Shown piece by piece: positions 8,731 to 17,769 of a stretch of 64,000 bases of DNA (position 1 is the first letter of the stretch; every line of letters begins with the position of its first letter). This DNA comes from a virus (taxonomy: Duplodnaviria; Caudoviricetes). The notes under the pieces were generated by a model. That model made no database searches, was not told the origin of the DNA, and saw nothing but the letters and a program-made list of their open reading frames with translations. The stretch covers positions 1-64,000 of the IMG/VR virus record IMGVR_UViG_3300030330_005626, one strand, 5' to 3'. Both the position numbers and the translations under genes were made by a program.

Positions 8731-8961
8731 TTAATTACCTTTGGTTTTTTTATGATGAGTTTCTACTGTGCTTCTCAAGCCGTCATAAAACTCCAAAAGC
8801 TGTTCATGAGAGCCAAAGTCTAGTATCTCTTGTAGTTTGTGTCTATCAAATTTAATAATATACTTGTAAGGCGTTTTACGATTGAATGCTTCAACCTTTA
8901 CCTTCATTGTCATCGCGTCATGCGTTTCTGAAATATCAATTGTTTCCATGATTCTTTTCAA
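8731..8961 (-). CDS. Hypothetical protein
   Basis: 76-aa ORF, overlapping gene run. Confidence 0.5.
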   Translation of the reverse strand: MKRIMETIDISETHDAMTMKVKVEAFNRKTPYKYIIKFDRHKLQEILDFGSHEQLLEFYDGLRSTVETHHKKTKGN

Positions 8962-9165
8962 ATTTTTTCATTAATTTCTTGACCCCAATCAACTCAATTC
9001 CAACAATAGTTCCAACTTCGTCCGTATCTAAAGCTACCATTGTATTGTCTTTAGTATCTCTGTAAAGTAAAACGGAACCTAAAGTTCCTTGACATGGAGC
9101 TTTCCAAACGTACATCGTATCTTCTTTTTGGTTGTAAGAAATACGATTATTTTCATTGTATTCAA

Positions 9166-9468
9166 TCATTGTTTTTGCAAGTCTGGAAGATTTTCCACTT
9201 CGACTCCGTTCCAAAACCAATAATCATTTTCCCAACTCTGAGTTACCTTTCCTTTTTTGTCCATTCTCAGAAAATAAAAGTCTCCAGCCACACCCTTAAA
9301 GCAACCAAAATCTTGAATAGGAAGTGTTGCAACTTTGGGCCTACCTTTGCTGTCAAACTCGCTATGCAAAACAAGGCTTGCGTGTGTTGCGTTTTTTGGT
9401 GGGCGCGGGATAGTTACCTCCCAATCCTTTGTTCCCACTGTAACTATTGGACTACCTTTACGCGGCAT
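9166..9468 (-). CDS. Hypothetical protein
   Basis: 100-aa ORF, coupled to upstream ORF. Confidence 0.6.
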   Translation of the reverse strand: MPRKGSPIVTVGTKDWEVTIPRPPKNATHASLVLHSEFDSKGRPKVATLPIQDFGCFKGVAGDFYFLRMDKKGKVTQSWENDYWFWNGVEVENLPDLQKQ

Positions 9469-9734
9469 TAGAGTTTCTTTCCTCTTAGTTTTTCTAGTTC
9501 GCGTTTTTCAAACTCCGCTAAAGAAGCTTCTGTAAAAGCTTGAGTGATTTGAACGGGCTGCTCATAAGCTTTAAATTCAGGTTCTTTCTTTTTATTTTTT
9601 TTGTCTAACATTTTTTGTAAAACATCTTTAGCTTCTTTTAATGCGCTGTATCCATATTCTGATACTTCTTTTTCTTTGCCAAGGATTGCCACGGCAATCA
9701 TTAGTGCTTGTTTTTCGTTTACGGCGGTTTCCAT
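9468..9734 (-). CDS. Hypothetical protein
   Basis: 88-aa ORF. Confidence 0.55.
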   Translation of the reverse strand: METAVNEKQALMIAVAILGKEKEVSEYGYSALKEAKDVLQKMLDKKNKKKEPEFKAYEQPVQITQAFTEASLAEFEKRELEKLRGKKL

Positions 9735-9824
9735 TTTTATTAAAAATAATTATTCCCCACTGCTATAACGAATTTTCGTTCTAGTCATGTTTGAACAGTA
9801 ATAATATTTTGTTGAATAGTCAAG

Positions 9825-9854
9825 AAAAAACCACGAGGCTTTTACACCTCGCGG
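9825..9854 (-). terminator. Intrinsic terminator
   Basis: CCGCGAGG-TGTAAAAG-CCTCGTGG-T6. Confidence 0.6.
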
Positions 9855-10048
9855 AATTTTCTCCGTTCACACCTTTGGGCTTTAGTAATCTAATTCTTTT
9901 TCGTGAGCAGAATTTAAAGTGCTTCTTAAATCATGTAACACGTTTCTGAGCGTGTGCTTTACGCCAGCGTCGTAATCATCCATGACCACAAGAGTTTCTA
10001 ATTCTTTTTCGTATTTTTGTATCAGTTGTTGTTTTGTTATTACTTTCA

Positions 10049-10402
10049 TTATGATATATGCTGTCCTTTTATTGCTTGCTGTCGTTTCTCTTGGAATTGA
10101 TTTTGGGCTTCTACACTCCTATGCATCCAAGCATACGCGCTAAACTGAGGGATAGCCTCAATTACTGTATTTTGTGGATCGTTCGATTGTATTGCATCTA
10201 CCGCGCCTTCTAGTAAATCAATGTAGATTTGTGACATTGAAGGCGGCTCACAACCAGAAGGAGCACACTTCTCTTGAAAATCTTCCACCTTTTTGTATAC
10301 GGATAAAGGTAACCTCATGCCAACGGCGACTCTTAATTTTGTTTCGTCTTTCGATTTACCGAAAAGCCCTAGCGTCTTTCCACTTTTTGTTTTGTATCTC
10401 AT
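10049..10402 (-). CDS. Hypothetical protein, possible ribbon-helix-helix DNA-binding
   Basis: VGMRLP..VY...MSQI...LL pattern. Confidence 0.5.
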   Translation of the reverse strand: MRYKTKSGKTLGLFGKSKDETKLRVAVGMRLPLSVYKKVEDFQEKCAPSGCEPPSMSQIYIDLLEGAVDAIQSNDPQNTVIEAIPQFSAYAWMHRSVEAQNQFQEKRQQAIKGQHIS

Positions 10403-10649
10403 TTATTATTTCTTTTTTTAAATGTTCAGGTAAGCTATCAAATGTTATAATATTTTTTTTGTAACAATTCAAGTATGTTTTATCATTTAGCGTTTTCAAA
10501 GCTGATCTTCTTCTTTTTGATCTTCATCAACTATGTAAGCGGCGACCACAAAGGAAAAGATTGGTATCAGTCCGAATATTGCTAGTTCAATTATCATGCT
10601 CTAATAGTAGATACTTTTTTAATTAATGTCAAATACTAATTATTAATAA

Positions 10650-11240
10650 TTAATCAATCCTCTTGCCATCATAAGTATATTTATTACACTGATATATTTC
10701 GCCTTTAAGATCATTAAATTGCAATATATCATCCACTCTTACCCTAGCCATCACATCTTGATTGGGTTTATTATCCCATTCCCTGTCCCACTTGTCTCTT
10801 GTATAAGCTTGATATTGAGTATCCTCAAATCTAATATACTGTTTGGAACTACGAATTAATTTGGTGTTAACGTGTTCCATCCAAAAATTTACCAAATCCA
10901 ACCTTCTTGCACGAAAAATAAAATCTTTCATTTGAAAGATTATCCATTTAGATTCACCCAATAACCACCCCGATTGACCATTAACATTTCTCCATTCTAA
11001 AGTAATCCATTCATTACCATCTCTAGGAGTGCTTTTCCAATCTATTGGAATCCACTGGCCGTTATTTGATATAACAACAAAATCAACATGATATTTCCAA
11101 TCATCCTCGCCACCCACACGGTCAAGTATGGTTTTATATTTCCCCGCATACAATCCTTCTAAAAATGGTATCCCAACATGAAGCTCGCTGTCACGACCAT
11201 TATTTACGCACTTTGTTTTTGTTTCGGGGTTAGTTTTCAT
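10650..11240 (-). CDS. PD-(D/E)XK family nuclease-like protein
   Basis: HVDF...IDWK, LEWRNVNGQSGWLLG. Confidence 0.65.
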   Translation of the reverse strand: MKTNPETKTKCVNNGRDSELHVGIPFLEGLYAGKYKTILDRVGGEDDWKYHVDFVVISNNGQWIPIDWKSTPRDGNEWITLEWRNVNGQSGWLLGESKWIIFQMKDFIFRARRLDLVNFWMEHVNTKLIRSSKQYIRFEDTQYQAYTRDKWDREWDNKPNQDVMARVRVDDILQFNDLKGEIYQCNKYTYDGKRID

Positions 11241-11890
11241 GTGTTAATTAATTTAAAAACTTTCTTAATTTCTTGATCACTAAAGTTATTTTTTGCGTAA
11301 TTTACAAATGTGCATACCCACTGAATGTTACCATCAACATAACCCTTATCGGAATCTATTCTATCCAATGAGCCTGTAAGTGGGCTTCTGTTTTTGGTTT
11401 TTGAATCATGAGATTGGTGTTCTGGTTTTAACATTTTTAAGCCGCTTATAGCACAAATGCCATTTTGTTTATACCAAAGTTTTTTTAAATATTCAACGCT
11501 TAAATTAAATTCCCTTTTGTGAACGTTAGCCCTAGTTCTCGCTCCCGATAAGGACTTCCTAAATGGCGATAAATCATCACAAGTATTACCAGCGCACTCT
11601 TTACTGCAATAAAATTTATGATCTGGGTTTTTTTTAATTGTTATATTGTAAAGTTTTAATCTTTTCTTAAAATTGCAGCCACAATTTGCACATCTTAGAT
11701 CAACGTAAGCTTTACGATTTGCGCCCTTATTAAATGGCAAGTTTTTAGTTTTTAAATTATATTTTTTTAACCAGTGCCTTACGTTAGTGGGACTATGACC
11801 CCTGACGTTATTTCGCTTCAAAAAAGATGAAATTTGATTTAAAGACAGATTATTTTCCACGCATTTTTCTAATATTTCTTTTGGTATCAT
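11237..11890 (-). CDS. HNH/His-Me-type endonuclease with zinc ribbon (homing-endonuclease-like), next to tRNAs
   Basis: CANC, YCSKEC, CAISG, SLDRIDSDKGYVDGNIQWV..VNYAK. Confidence 0.7.
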   Translation of the reverse strand: MIPKEILEKCVENNLSLNQISSFLKRNNVRGHSPTNVRHWLKKYNLKTKNLPFNKGANRKAYVDLRCANCGCNFKKRLKLYNITIKKNPDHKFYCSKECAGNTCDDLSPFRKSLSGARTRANVHKREFNLSVEYLKKLWYKQNGICAISGLKMLKPEHQSHDSKTKNRSPLTGSLDRIDSDKGYVDGNIQWVCTFVNYAKNNFSDQEIKKVFKLINT

Positions 11891-11897
11891 TTTAAAT

Positions 11898-11974
11898 TGG
11901 TTGGCCCGCAGGGACTCGAACCCTGACTCAACGAATTATGAGTTCGCTGCTTTAACCAATTAAGCTACGGGCCA
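11898..11974 (-). tRNA. tRNA with CAT anticodon, probably Ile2 (lysidine-type), encoded CCA
   Basis: Acceptor TGGCCCG/CGGGCCA, anticodon arm GCGAA-CTCATAA-TTCGT, GGTTCGAGTCC. Confidence 0.85.
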
Positions 11975-12238
11975 TTAAATTCTTTTATTTTTAGCTTGTA
12001 TTTGTTTTTTTCTCGCTTTCTTTATATCTTCCGCCATATGTTTTGGGCCGTGAACAAGCATTTGCATTTGCAATCTTTGCGCGTTTTTAGATAATTTTTT
12101 AAGCCTTATATGTAATGAAGAACCAGAAACCATCTGCTTATTTGGATCAGCATAATAAACCAATTCATCCAATTCTGTTTGAATCTCATCCATCAGCTTT
12201 ACTATTTCTTCTGAGTACATATTAAAAATGGCAGACAA
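11975..12238 (-). CDS. Hypothetical protein between tRNAs (real start probably ATG near 12220)
   Basis: ORF track; annotated start overlaps tRNA-Arg 3' end. Confidence 0.5.
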   Translation of the reverse strand: MSAIFNMYSEEIVKLMDEIQTELDELVYYADPNKQMVSGSSLHIRLKKLSKNAQRLQMQMLVHGPKHMAEDIKKARKKQIQAKNKRI

Positions 12239-12305
12239 GCTGGGACTCGAACCCAGAACCTACGGTTTAGAAGACCGTTGCTCTATCCAATTGAGCTACT
12301 TGTCC
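12229..12305 (-). tRNA. tRNA-Arg(TCT)
   Basis: ACGGT-CTTCTAA-ACCGT arm, T-loop GTTCGAG, CCA. Confidence 0.9.
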
Positions 12306-12312
12306 ATAAGTT

Positions 12313-12390
12313 TGGTAGGGAAGGCGGGACTCGAACCCGCACTGTAACGATTTTAAGTCGTTTGCCTCCTGCCGATTGGGCTACTTCCCC
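12313..12390 (-). tRNA. tRNA-Leu(TAA) with short variable loop
   Basis: AACGA-CTTAAAA-TCGTT arm, 5-nt variable region, GGTTCGAGTCC, CCA. Confidence 0.85.
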
Positions 12391-12535
12391 ATTGTTGCCA
12401 TGTTAATCGAGATTGTAGTTGATAGGCCGCTGCTAGTATTTTCTTTCTTTTATCGCTTTGAAATGGGAGAATACTCGCTCTGTGTTTTGCTGCTTTTAAT
12501 ACTATTTCCATTGCTTCTTCGTTGCTCATAACCAT
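12353..12535 (-). CDS. Small hypothetical protein ending inside tRNA-Leu
   Basis: 60-aa ORF; stop codon is the tRNA anticodon TAA. Confidence 0.45.
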   Translation of the reverse strand: MVMSNEEAMEIVLKAAKHRASILPFQSDKRKKILAAAYQLQSRLTWQQWGSSPIGRRQTT

Positions 12536-12716
12536 TATTTCTCCTCCAAGTATTCTTCCATGTAGTTTTGCATCTCAGAGTGGGCTTTGCTCATCTTCAC
12601 CAACCAAGGCGGAAGGTTTCCAGTGTTGGAAGCTTTCCAATCGTACCTTTCATATAGTTCGCAAATGATGGTGTCCATTTTATCTTCGTAATACTTTAAC
12701 TCTTCGAGTGTCATTT

Positions 12717-12953
12717 TTATCCTCTTGTATAGTCAATGATTTTGTTGTTTATTACCATATCAAAAGTTAACTGAACATCAGTAGACCTTTCATCATAATC
12801 TTTTTGCCTTGTATCATGCAGGGCGTCCTCAACGGAAGTATATGGGCCTTGTTCAACCATGCGACCATTGTTGCTTGTGATGAACCAGCATTCATCAGCG
12901 GGGTGAGTACCTGCTTGGATGATTCTTTTTTGAATTTCAAATCCGCTCGTCAT
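12717..12953 (-). CDS. Hypothetical protein
   Basis: TTGACC-N17-TAGTAT-N7-ATG. Confidence 0.6.
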   Translation of the reverse strand: MTSGFEIQKRIIQAGTHPADECWFITSNNGRMVEQGPYTSVEDALHDTRQKDYDERSTDVQLTFDMVINNKIIDYTRG

Positions 12954-12991
12954 AAAAATGATACTACGGACTTTTTTAAGTTAGGTCAAGA

Positions 12992-13094
12992 GAAAAAATA
13001 CCCCTATGAAAAAGGGGCAAGATTTGTGACAGCCTAGTTGCTTATCTTCGGGATAACCTCCCTAAGTTTGCTCTTACAGAGCTTGCCTCGTTGT
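12992..13094 (-). ncRNA. Candidate ~100-nt sRNA or attenuator
   Basis: GTGTA motif at 13108-13104; GGCAAG/CTTGCC closing stem, GCTC/GAGC and TTATC/GATAA hairpins; terminator GCCCCT...AGGGGT-A-T6. Confidence 0.45.
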
Positions 13095-13120
13095 ACTATT
13101 ATTTACACTTAAAAAGCAAG

Positions 13121-13429
13121 TTAATCAACAATATTTTCACGCTTATATTTGAGCTTTAAGAAATCACAAATATCATAAATATTATTATCTTTTTTGAGAC
13201 TAATTGCGATAGTTTTTAACCCTTTTTTTAGGTATATTTCTAAGTCCTGAAGATCGACTTGTACTGCGCCCAATTTATATTCAATTAATATAAATAATTC
13301 GCCGTCGTTTAATGTACCCTGCCACTGGTACTTGGACATTTTATATAAACCATCAAGCCTTTTATTTTTTAATGCATTGCAGCCTTTTTGTGAAATTATT
13401 TTAAAAGACATTATTTCATCCTTTGACAA
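13121..13429 (-). CDS. Hypothetical protein
   Basis: 102-aa ORF overlapping sigma factor end. Confidence 0.5.
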   Translation of the reverse strand: MSKDEIMSFKIISQKGCNALKNKRLDGLYKMSKYQWQGTLNDGELFILIEYKLGAVQVDLQDLEIYLKKGLKTIAISLKKDNNIYDICDFLKLKYKRENIVD

Positions 13430-14280
13430 ACCAAATCTTTAAGTTTAGCCATTGCAATTGTTTCGATCTGCCTAATTCTTTCTCTAGTTACACCGAATTT
13501 ATCGCCAATGGATTCAAGAGTTTGACGTTTATCGCAGTCTAAAGCTTGCCTTTTTGATATAATATATCTTTCGCGGGAAGATAGCTTGCTCAAGCATTCG
13601 TATAATACTTTTGAATTGTTTTTATAAACATAAGCTTCATCGGGTGATTGATTACTTTTGTCCTCTATGATATCCATCAATTCTTTTTCATCCCCTTCTG
13701 CGTCTGATATTAAAGAATTTAAAGATGGTATTTGCAGCGAGCTTTCGTTTAATAATTTTACTCTATCAACTGATACGCCAACTTTTTTAGATATTTCTTT
13801 AACAGATGGATAACAATTATATTTTTCTTTATATTGCTCTTTAAATTTTATTATATTTAATTTCTGCTGGATAGAACCCGTTGGAATTCTAATTGTTCTC
13901 CCTTGGTTTGATAAAGCCCTTCTGATTTTTTGCTTTATCCAGAAAGCTGCGTAAGTAGAAAATTTAGCTCCAACGTTAGGTTTAAAGTTCTCAACGGCTT
14001 TCACCAAGCCAAGGTTGCCCTCAGAAATTAAGTCTTGTAATTCTAAACCAAGAGAATTAAAATCTTTAGCTATTTTTATTACTAATCTTAGGTTTGAATT
14101 AATTAAGATTTCTTTTGCTTCTTTACCTTTTTTTCTTGCAATGGTGCTACAACAACTCTTATTTTTAGACCATTTTAGCATCCGCTCAAACAATTCTATC
14201 TCCTCTTTTCGTGACAATAAAGGATATTTAGAGCTCTCTTCGTAATAAATATTTAAAAGGTAAGATTCTTCAGATGGCAT
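13411..14280 (-). CDS. RNA polymerase sigma-70 family factor (RpoD/RpoS-like)
   Basis: LINSNLRLVIKIAK, DLISEGNLGL, KFSTYAAFWIKQ, RTIRIP, TLESIG..GVTRERIRQIE. Confidence 0.92.
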   Translation of the reverse strand: MPSEESYLLNIYYEESSKYPLLSRKEEIELFERMLKWSKNKSCCSTIARKKGKEAKEILINSNLRLVIKIAKDFNSLGLELQDLISEGNLGLVKAVENFKPNVGAKFSTYAAFWIKQKIRRALSNQGRTIRIPTGSIQQKLNIIKFKEQYKEKYNCYPSVKEISKKVGVSVDRVKLLNESSLQIPSLNSLISDAEGDEKELMDIIEDKSNQSPDEAYVYKNNSKVLYECLSKLSSRERYIISKRQALDCDKRQTLESIGDKFGVTRERIRQIETIAMAKLKDLVCQRMK

Positions 14281-14321
14281 AATTTTGTATACTAAATATT
14301 TGACTTTTAGTCAATATAAAA

Positions 14322-14666
14322 TTATTTCTTAAATAAATTATCGGATAGCCCGAAAGTATCATCAGAATCATCAGAGTAATAGAGCTTACAAACGTACTCA
14401 TATTTAGAAGTAATAAGTTTTACGGGAAGCTCGTCTTCGAAAGGGAAGTTTTTGTATAAATGATCCACCATACAGTAGTGGCAAAAATTTTTATAAGACT
14501 TTGTTTTTGGTGCTTTAAATTTAAAATAAAGAAGTTTTTTACTATCAAATAATAGTTTATAATCTCTAGCCGAATAAGATAAATCACAAGCGGAGCATTT
14601 TATAGCTCTTTTTCGTGATTCTGAATCTATAAGTATTATTTCAAGCACTGCGTTTAAATATATCAT
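14322..14666 (-). CDS. Hypothetical Cys-containing protein (CxxC...CxxC)
   Basis: CSAC and CHYC. Confidence 0.55.
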   Translation of the reverse strand: MIYLNAVLEIILIDSESRKRAIKCSACDLSYSARDYKLLFDSKKLLYFKFKAPKTKSYKNFCHYCMVDHLYKNFPFEDELPVKLITSKYEYVCKLYYSDDSDDTFGLSDNLFKK

Positions 14667-14754
14667 TAATAATGACGTAAACGCAAATTATTGCTAATAA
14701 ATATTTAATGCTTTTTAATTGAGATAGTATTTCTGTTTCCATTTTAGAAATTAA

Positions 14755-14922
14755 TGGGTAGGAGAGACTCTCATATACCTCCATCGTTTCAGGGTTGTAG
14801 CTTGAGTTTTCAAGTCAAAACCTTACTTTGAGCCAACCCTCATCGACCCCCAGACTTGGTGAGTCCTGTCAATGAGCATTGCACGTTAACTGCCACAACA
14901 GCAGCTTAATTCCGTCATACCC
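14755..14922 (-). ncRNA. Candidate ~170-nt multi-branched structured RNA
   Basis: Closing GGGTA/TACCC; hairpins GCTGC/GCAGT, CTCATTGAC/GTCGATGAG, AGGGTTG/CAACCCT, CTTGA/TCAAG; preceded by TTTGCCCC/GGGGCAAA hairpin. Confidence 0.5.
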
Positions 14923-14972
14923 TTTGCCCCTGATCAGGGGGCAAAATTATTTTAAAGAACAAATTATTAAAA

Positions 14973-15308
14973 CTAAACCACTTCCCACAATGTAGCGGGT
15001 GTTCTATGCGCCTTTGGATTTTTTACGTTACTAAATCCAATTGGACTTATTAAATTATTTTTTCGCCCCCTTACAAAAATAGCCCCCCATGCCCTTTTAC
15101 TTGGCGGCTCAGGAATTACCCCTTCGGCGGCAACCCTTACATCTTCAGCAAGAAATGTATTATTTGTTTTTGCGTACTCCAATAAAAAAGAATACGCAAG
15201 TTCCCCCCAAGACTCGTTATTGCTTTCAGCGTTTTCAAGCGATTGCTTAATACCCAAATCTCTTAGCTTATTTCCTTGAAGCAAGTTTAATTCCTGTTTT
15301 TTATTCAT
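14973..15308 (-). CDS. Conserved phage hypothetical protein (RAWGA motif)
   Basis: FLAEDVR...PPSKRAWGA...AH...LW. Confidence 0.65.
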   Translation of the reverse strand: MNKKQELNLLQGNKLRDLGIKQSLENAESNNESWGELAYSFLLEYAKTNNTFLAEDVRVAAEGVIPEPPSKRAWGAIFVRGRKNNLISPIGFSNVKNPKAHRTPATLWEVV

Positions 15309-15652
15309 AGTACGAAAATCTTTGAACCTTCTAAAAAAAGCCTTTCGCCAAAACTCCTCTTAATAGGTTGCTTAGTTTTAAAGTCAACAAAATGCGCCCC
15401 TTTTTCTTTACAGGATACTAATTCTACTCGCTGCTTCCACTTTGGTCTTGGAGACTTCTTCTCTTCCAAGCTGTTAACCTCATTTAAATCTACTGCGCCT
15501 TTGAGCCAACCGCCCTTTTCAATGCGTTCGAGCGTCATGCTGAAAGCGTGACTCTTCTTTAGTCTTTGCTTTTTATTTCTAGCGTACCCCTCTTTAAAGC
15601 CCTTTATTTGAATGGACTTTTTCTTGGGAATGTATTTCGCTATTACGTTCAT
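15305..15652 (-). CDS. Basic hypothetical protein
   Basis: 115-aa ORF with ATGA overlap. Confidence 0.55.
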   Translation of the reverse strand: MNVIAKYIPKKKSIQIKGFKEGYARNKKQRLKKSHAFSMTLERIEKGGWLKGAVDLNEVNSLEEKKSPRPKWKQRVELVSCKEKGAHFVDFKTKQPIKRSFGERLFLEGSKIFVL

Positions 15653-15818
15653 TAATCTTTGCTAATTACTTTATGTACATTCCAGAATCCTAAAATACTT
15701 GGAACCCACAGACCAACATAAATACCCGCTTCTTTCGATCCGCCGAACCACAGTAATACACTGGCGGTTAAGCTTGCGATGCTCGCTACGAGATATACAA
15801 CATCTAATTTTTTCATAA

Positions 15819-16040
15819 TTAATCTAAATCGTTTTTATATTCTGCAAAATGATTTTTAAGATAGTCAAGCTTATCTTCCGCTTCGGTGGCAAGCGCAACC
15901 TGTTTATCCATTTCTTCGATAATTTGCGGGTGTTCACCAATACCCGCTGGTCGATTGAAATAAACCTCCAAAGTAGCTACCGCCTCTTGCTGTTGAGCAA
16001 GGTACTTTAGCTCTAGTGCCCTATATATTTCGCTCTTCAT
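15819..16040 (-). CDS. Conserved small phage protein (GIGEHPQ motif)
   Basis: Motif; start placed at 16040 after TTGACT-N16-TACAAT. Confidence 0.7.
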   Translation of the reverse strand: MKSEIYRALELKYLAQQQEAVATLEVYFNRPAGIGEHPQIIEEMDKQVALATEAEDKLDYLKNHFAEYKNDLD

Positions 16041-16078
16041 GATTTTTATTGTATGCATTTTTTAATTTAAGTCAACAC

Positions 16079-16732
16079 TTATTTCCAATTAAGTGCTTCA
16101 CTTATATTGGGAAACTTATCAACGAATATCTTTTTAATTTCTTCAGCTATTTCTCTATGCTCTTTTTGAGTGTCTTCGGCAGACCTAAGATCAATGTAGT
16201 GAACCCAACTTCTTAATGTTCCGTTCATATACATAGTTGTTTTAGTGTTTAAAGGTAAGACCCCTCTAGCAGTTTCTTTTGCGACTCCCATTTGTATAAG
16301 GGTTTCATATGCAGCTAAAGAACCTTCAAGAGAAGCTTCAGCGTATTCGTAAGCTTTGTGATCTTTATTCAGGGGGTCGCTGCTGCTTTGTCTATTTTTA
16401 TCCGCTGGGAACCTAAGTTCAATTGGCTCTAACCCAGTGGCTTTGCTGTATCTTTGGCTAAACTCTTGAAAGCTAAAACTTCTATGTCTTAAAATTTGCG
16501 CTGCGATAGCTCTGCTGGTAGTTATTTCAACGCACATACTAGCGAGTTCAAAGGGACTCCAGTGCTTATGTTTAATTAAATATTTAATTAATTTAGGCGC
16601 AGTTTTAGTGTTCATTTGATTGCTTGGGTTTGAAACCCTAGCGCAATACGAAACAATATCTTCAGGGTCGTTTAGTCCCTCAACCTCTGGTTTTGTTAGT
16701 GATATAAGTTTGACTCTCATTAAATATCCCAA
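16079..16732 (-). CDS. thyX: Flavin-dependent thymidylate synthase
   Basis: HWSPFE, QILRHRSFSFQEFSQRY, TQKEHR. Confidence 0.95.
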   Translation of the reverse strand: MGYLMRVKLISLTKPEVEGLNDPEDIVSYCARVSNPSNQMNTKTAPKLIKYLIKHKHWSPFELASMCVEITTSRAIAAQILRHRSFSFQEFSQRYSKATGLEPIELRFPADKNRQSSSDPLNKDHKAYEYAEASLEGSLAAYETLIQMGVAKETARGVLPLNTKTTMYMNGTLRSWVHYIDLRSAEDTQKEHREIAEEIKKIFVDKFPNISEALNWK

Positions 16733-16947
16733 TCGTCACACGCCATATCCATAATAACTTCAGCGGGTAAATCTGGATTTGTTTTTGCGTGATTTATGGC
16801 AGATAAAATTACTTCCGCTAAAAGGTTATACTTTTGAGCCTCTTCTAAATAATAGTTTATTTCGCTGGTCACAATCGAAATTATAAATTAACTTTTATTT
16901 GAAGTCAATTATTTTTAAAAATTAAAAAAGTGTAAAATATAATAGCT

Positions 16948-17769
16948 ATGGATATTTTTTTCACTCATTTTTATGGCAGAATGTCTGATGTCATGGGTAT
17001 AATAAACTGCGGTGCCTATGCAGAGAATGTCTCAGTAGACGAAGAGCAATACGCTTTAGAAAATGGCTGGACTAAACTTGAAAGCGCTAAGAATAAAGAT
17101 ATTTGGTACCAAAGTAGACAAACAAGAATAAAAGTATCGGAATTAAAATATAATAAAAAAATAAGAAAAATGACTAATCCTTGTAAGGGTATAAAGTCAG
17201 AAGTTAAGATGCTTAAAGATTGCGACATTGAAGAATTAAGAAAGGTTTATTGTGATTACATAAAATTGAAAAGCGATCAGTACAAGGAATCTGATGAAAT
17301 TTTTTCAGAATTTTATACTCACGACGAGTTTTTTAACGATTTACTGATAGACTCAGAATATAAAAGAGTTATAGAATACAGAGAAGATGGTGAGCTTCAC
17401 GCTTTCGTTTTTTGCAGGGTTTATGAAAAAGCTAACATAGCAACTTCAATACAATTTTGTTGGGATTACCACAATCCAAAAACATTTCTAGGGAAATATA
17501 GCTGCATAAAAGAAATAGAAATGTGCATAGACGAGGGTTTAGAGTATGTTTATTTAGGAGGCGGCTACGAAAATATGTGCATATATAAGTCAATGTACCA
17601 AGGGTTTGAGTGGTGGACTGGTAGCGAGTGGTCTAAAGATAAAGAAGCTTATAAAACTTTGTGCGCCAGCGACACAGATACAAAAACAATTTATGATTTA
17701 GGGCAACTAGAAGAAAGATACACAGGAGAATTTTTCTTTTCCCCAAATGAGATATCAAAAAGGGCATGA
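16948..17769 (+). CDS. Aminoacyl(Arg/Leu)-tRNA-protein transferase-like (ATE1/Bpt, GNAT fold)
   Basis: LENGW, R-I-x-V, WDY...LGKYS..KEI, YVYLG..YE...YKS.Y..FE. Confidence 0.65.
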   Translation: MDIFFTHFYGRMSDVMGIINCGAYAENVSVDEEQYALENGWTKLESAKNKDIWYQSRQTRIKVSELKYNKKIRKMTNPCKGIKSEVKMLKDCDIEELRKVYCDYIKLKSDQYKESDEIFSEFYTHDEFFNDLLIDSEYKRVIEYREDGELHAFVFCRVYEKANIATSIQFCWDYHNPKTFLGKYSCIKEIEMCIDEGLEYVYLGGGYENMCIYKSMYQGFEWWTGSEWSKDKEAYKTLCASDTDTKTIYDLGQLEERYTGEFFFSPNEISKRA

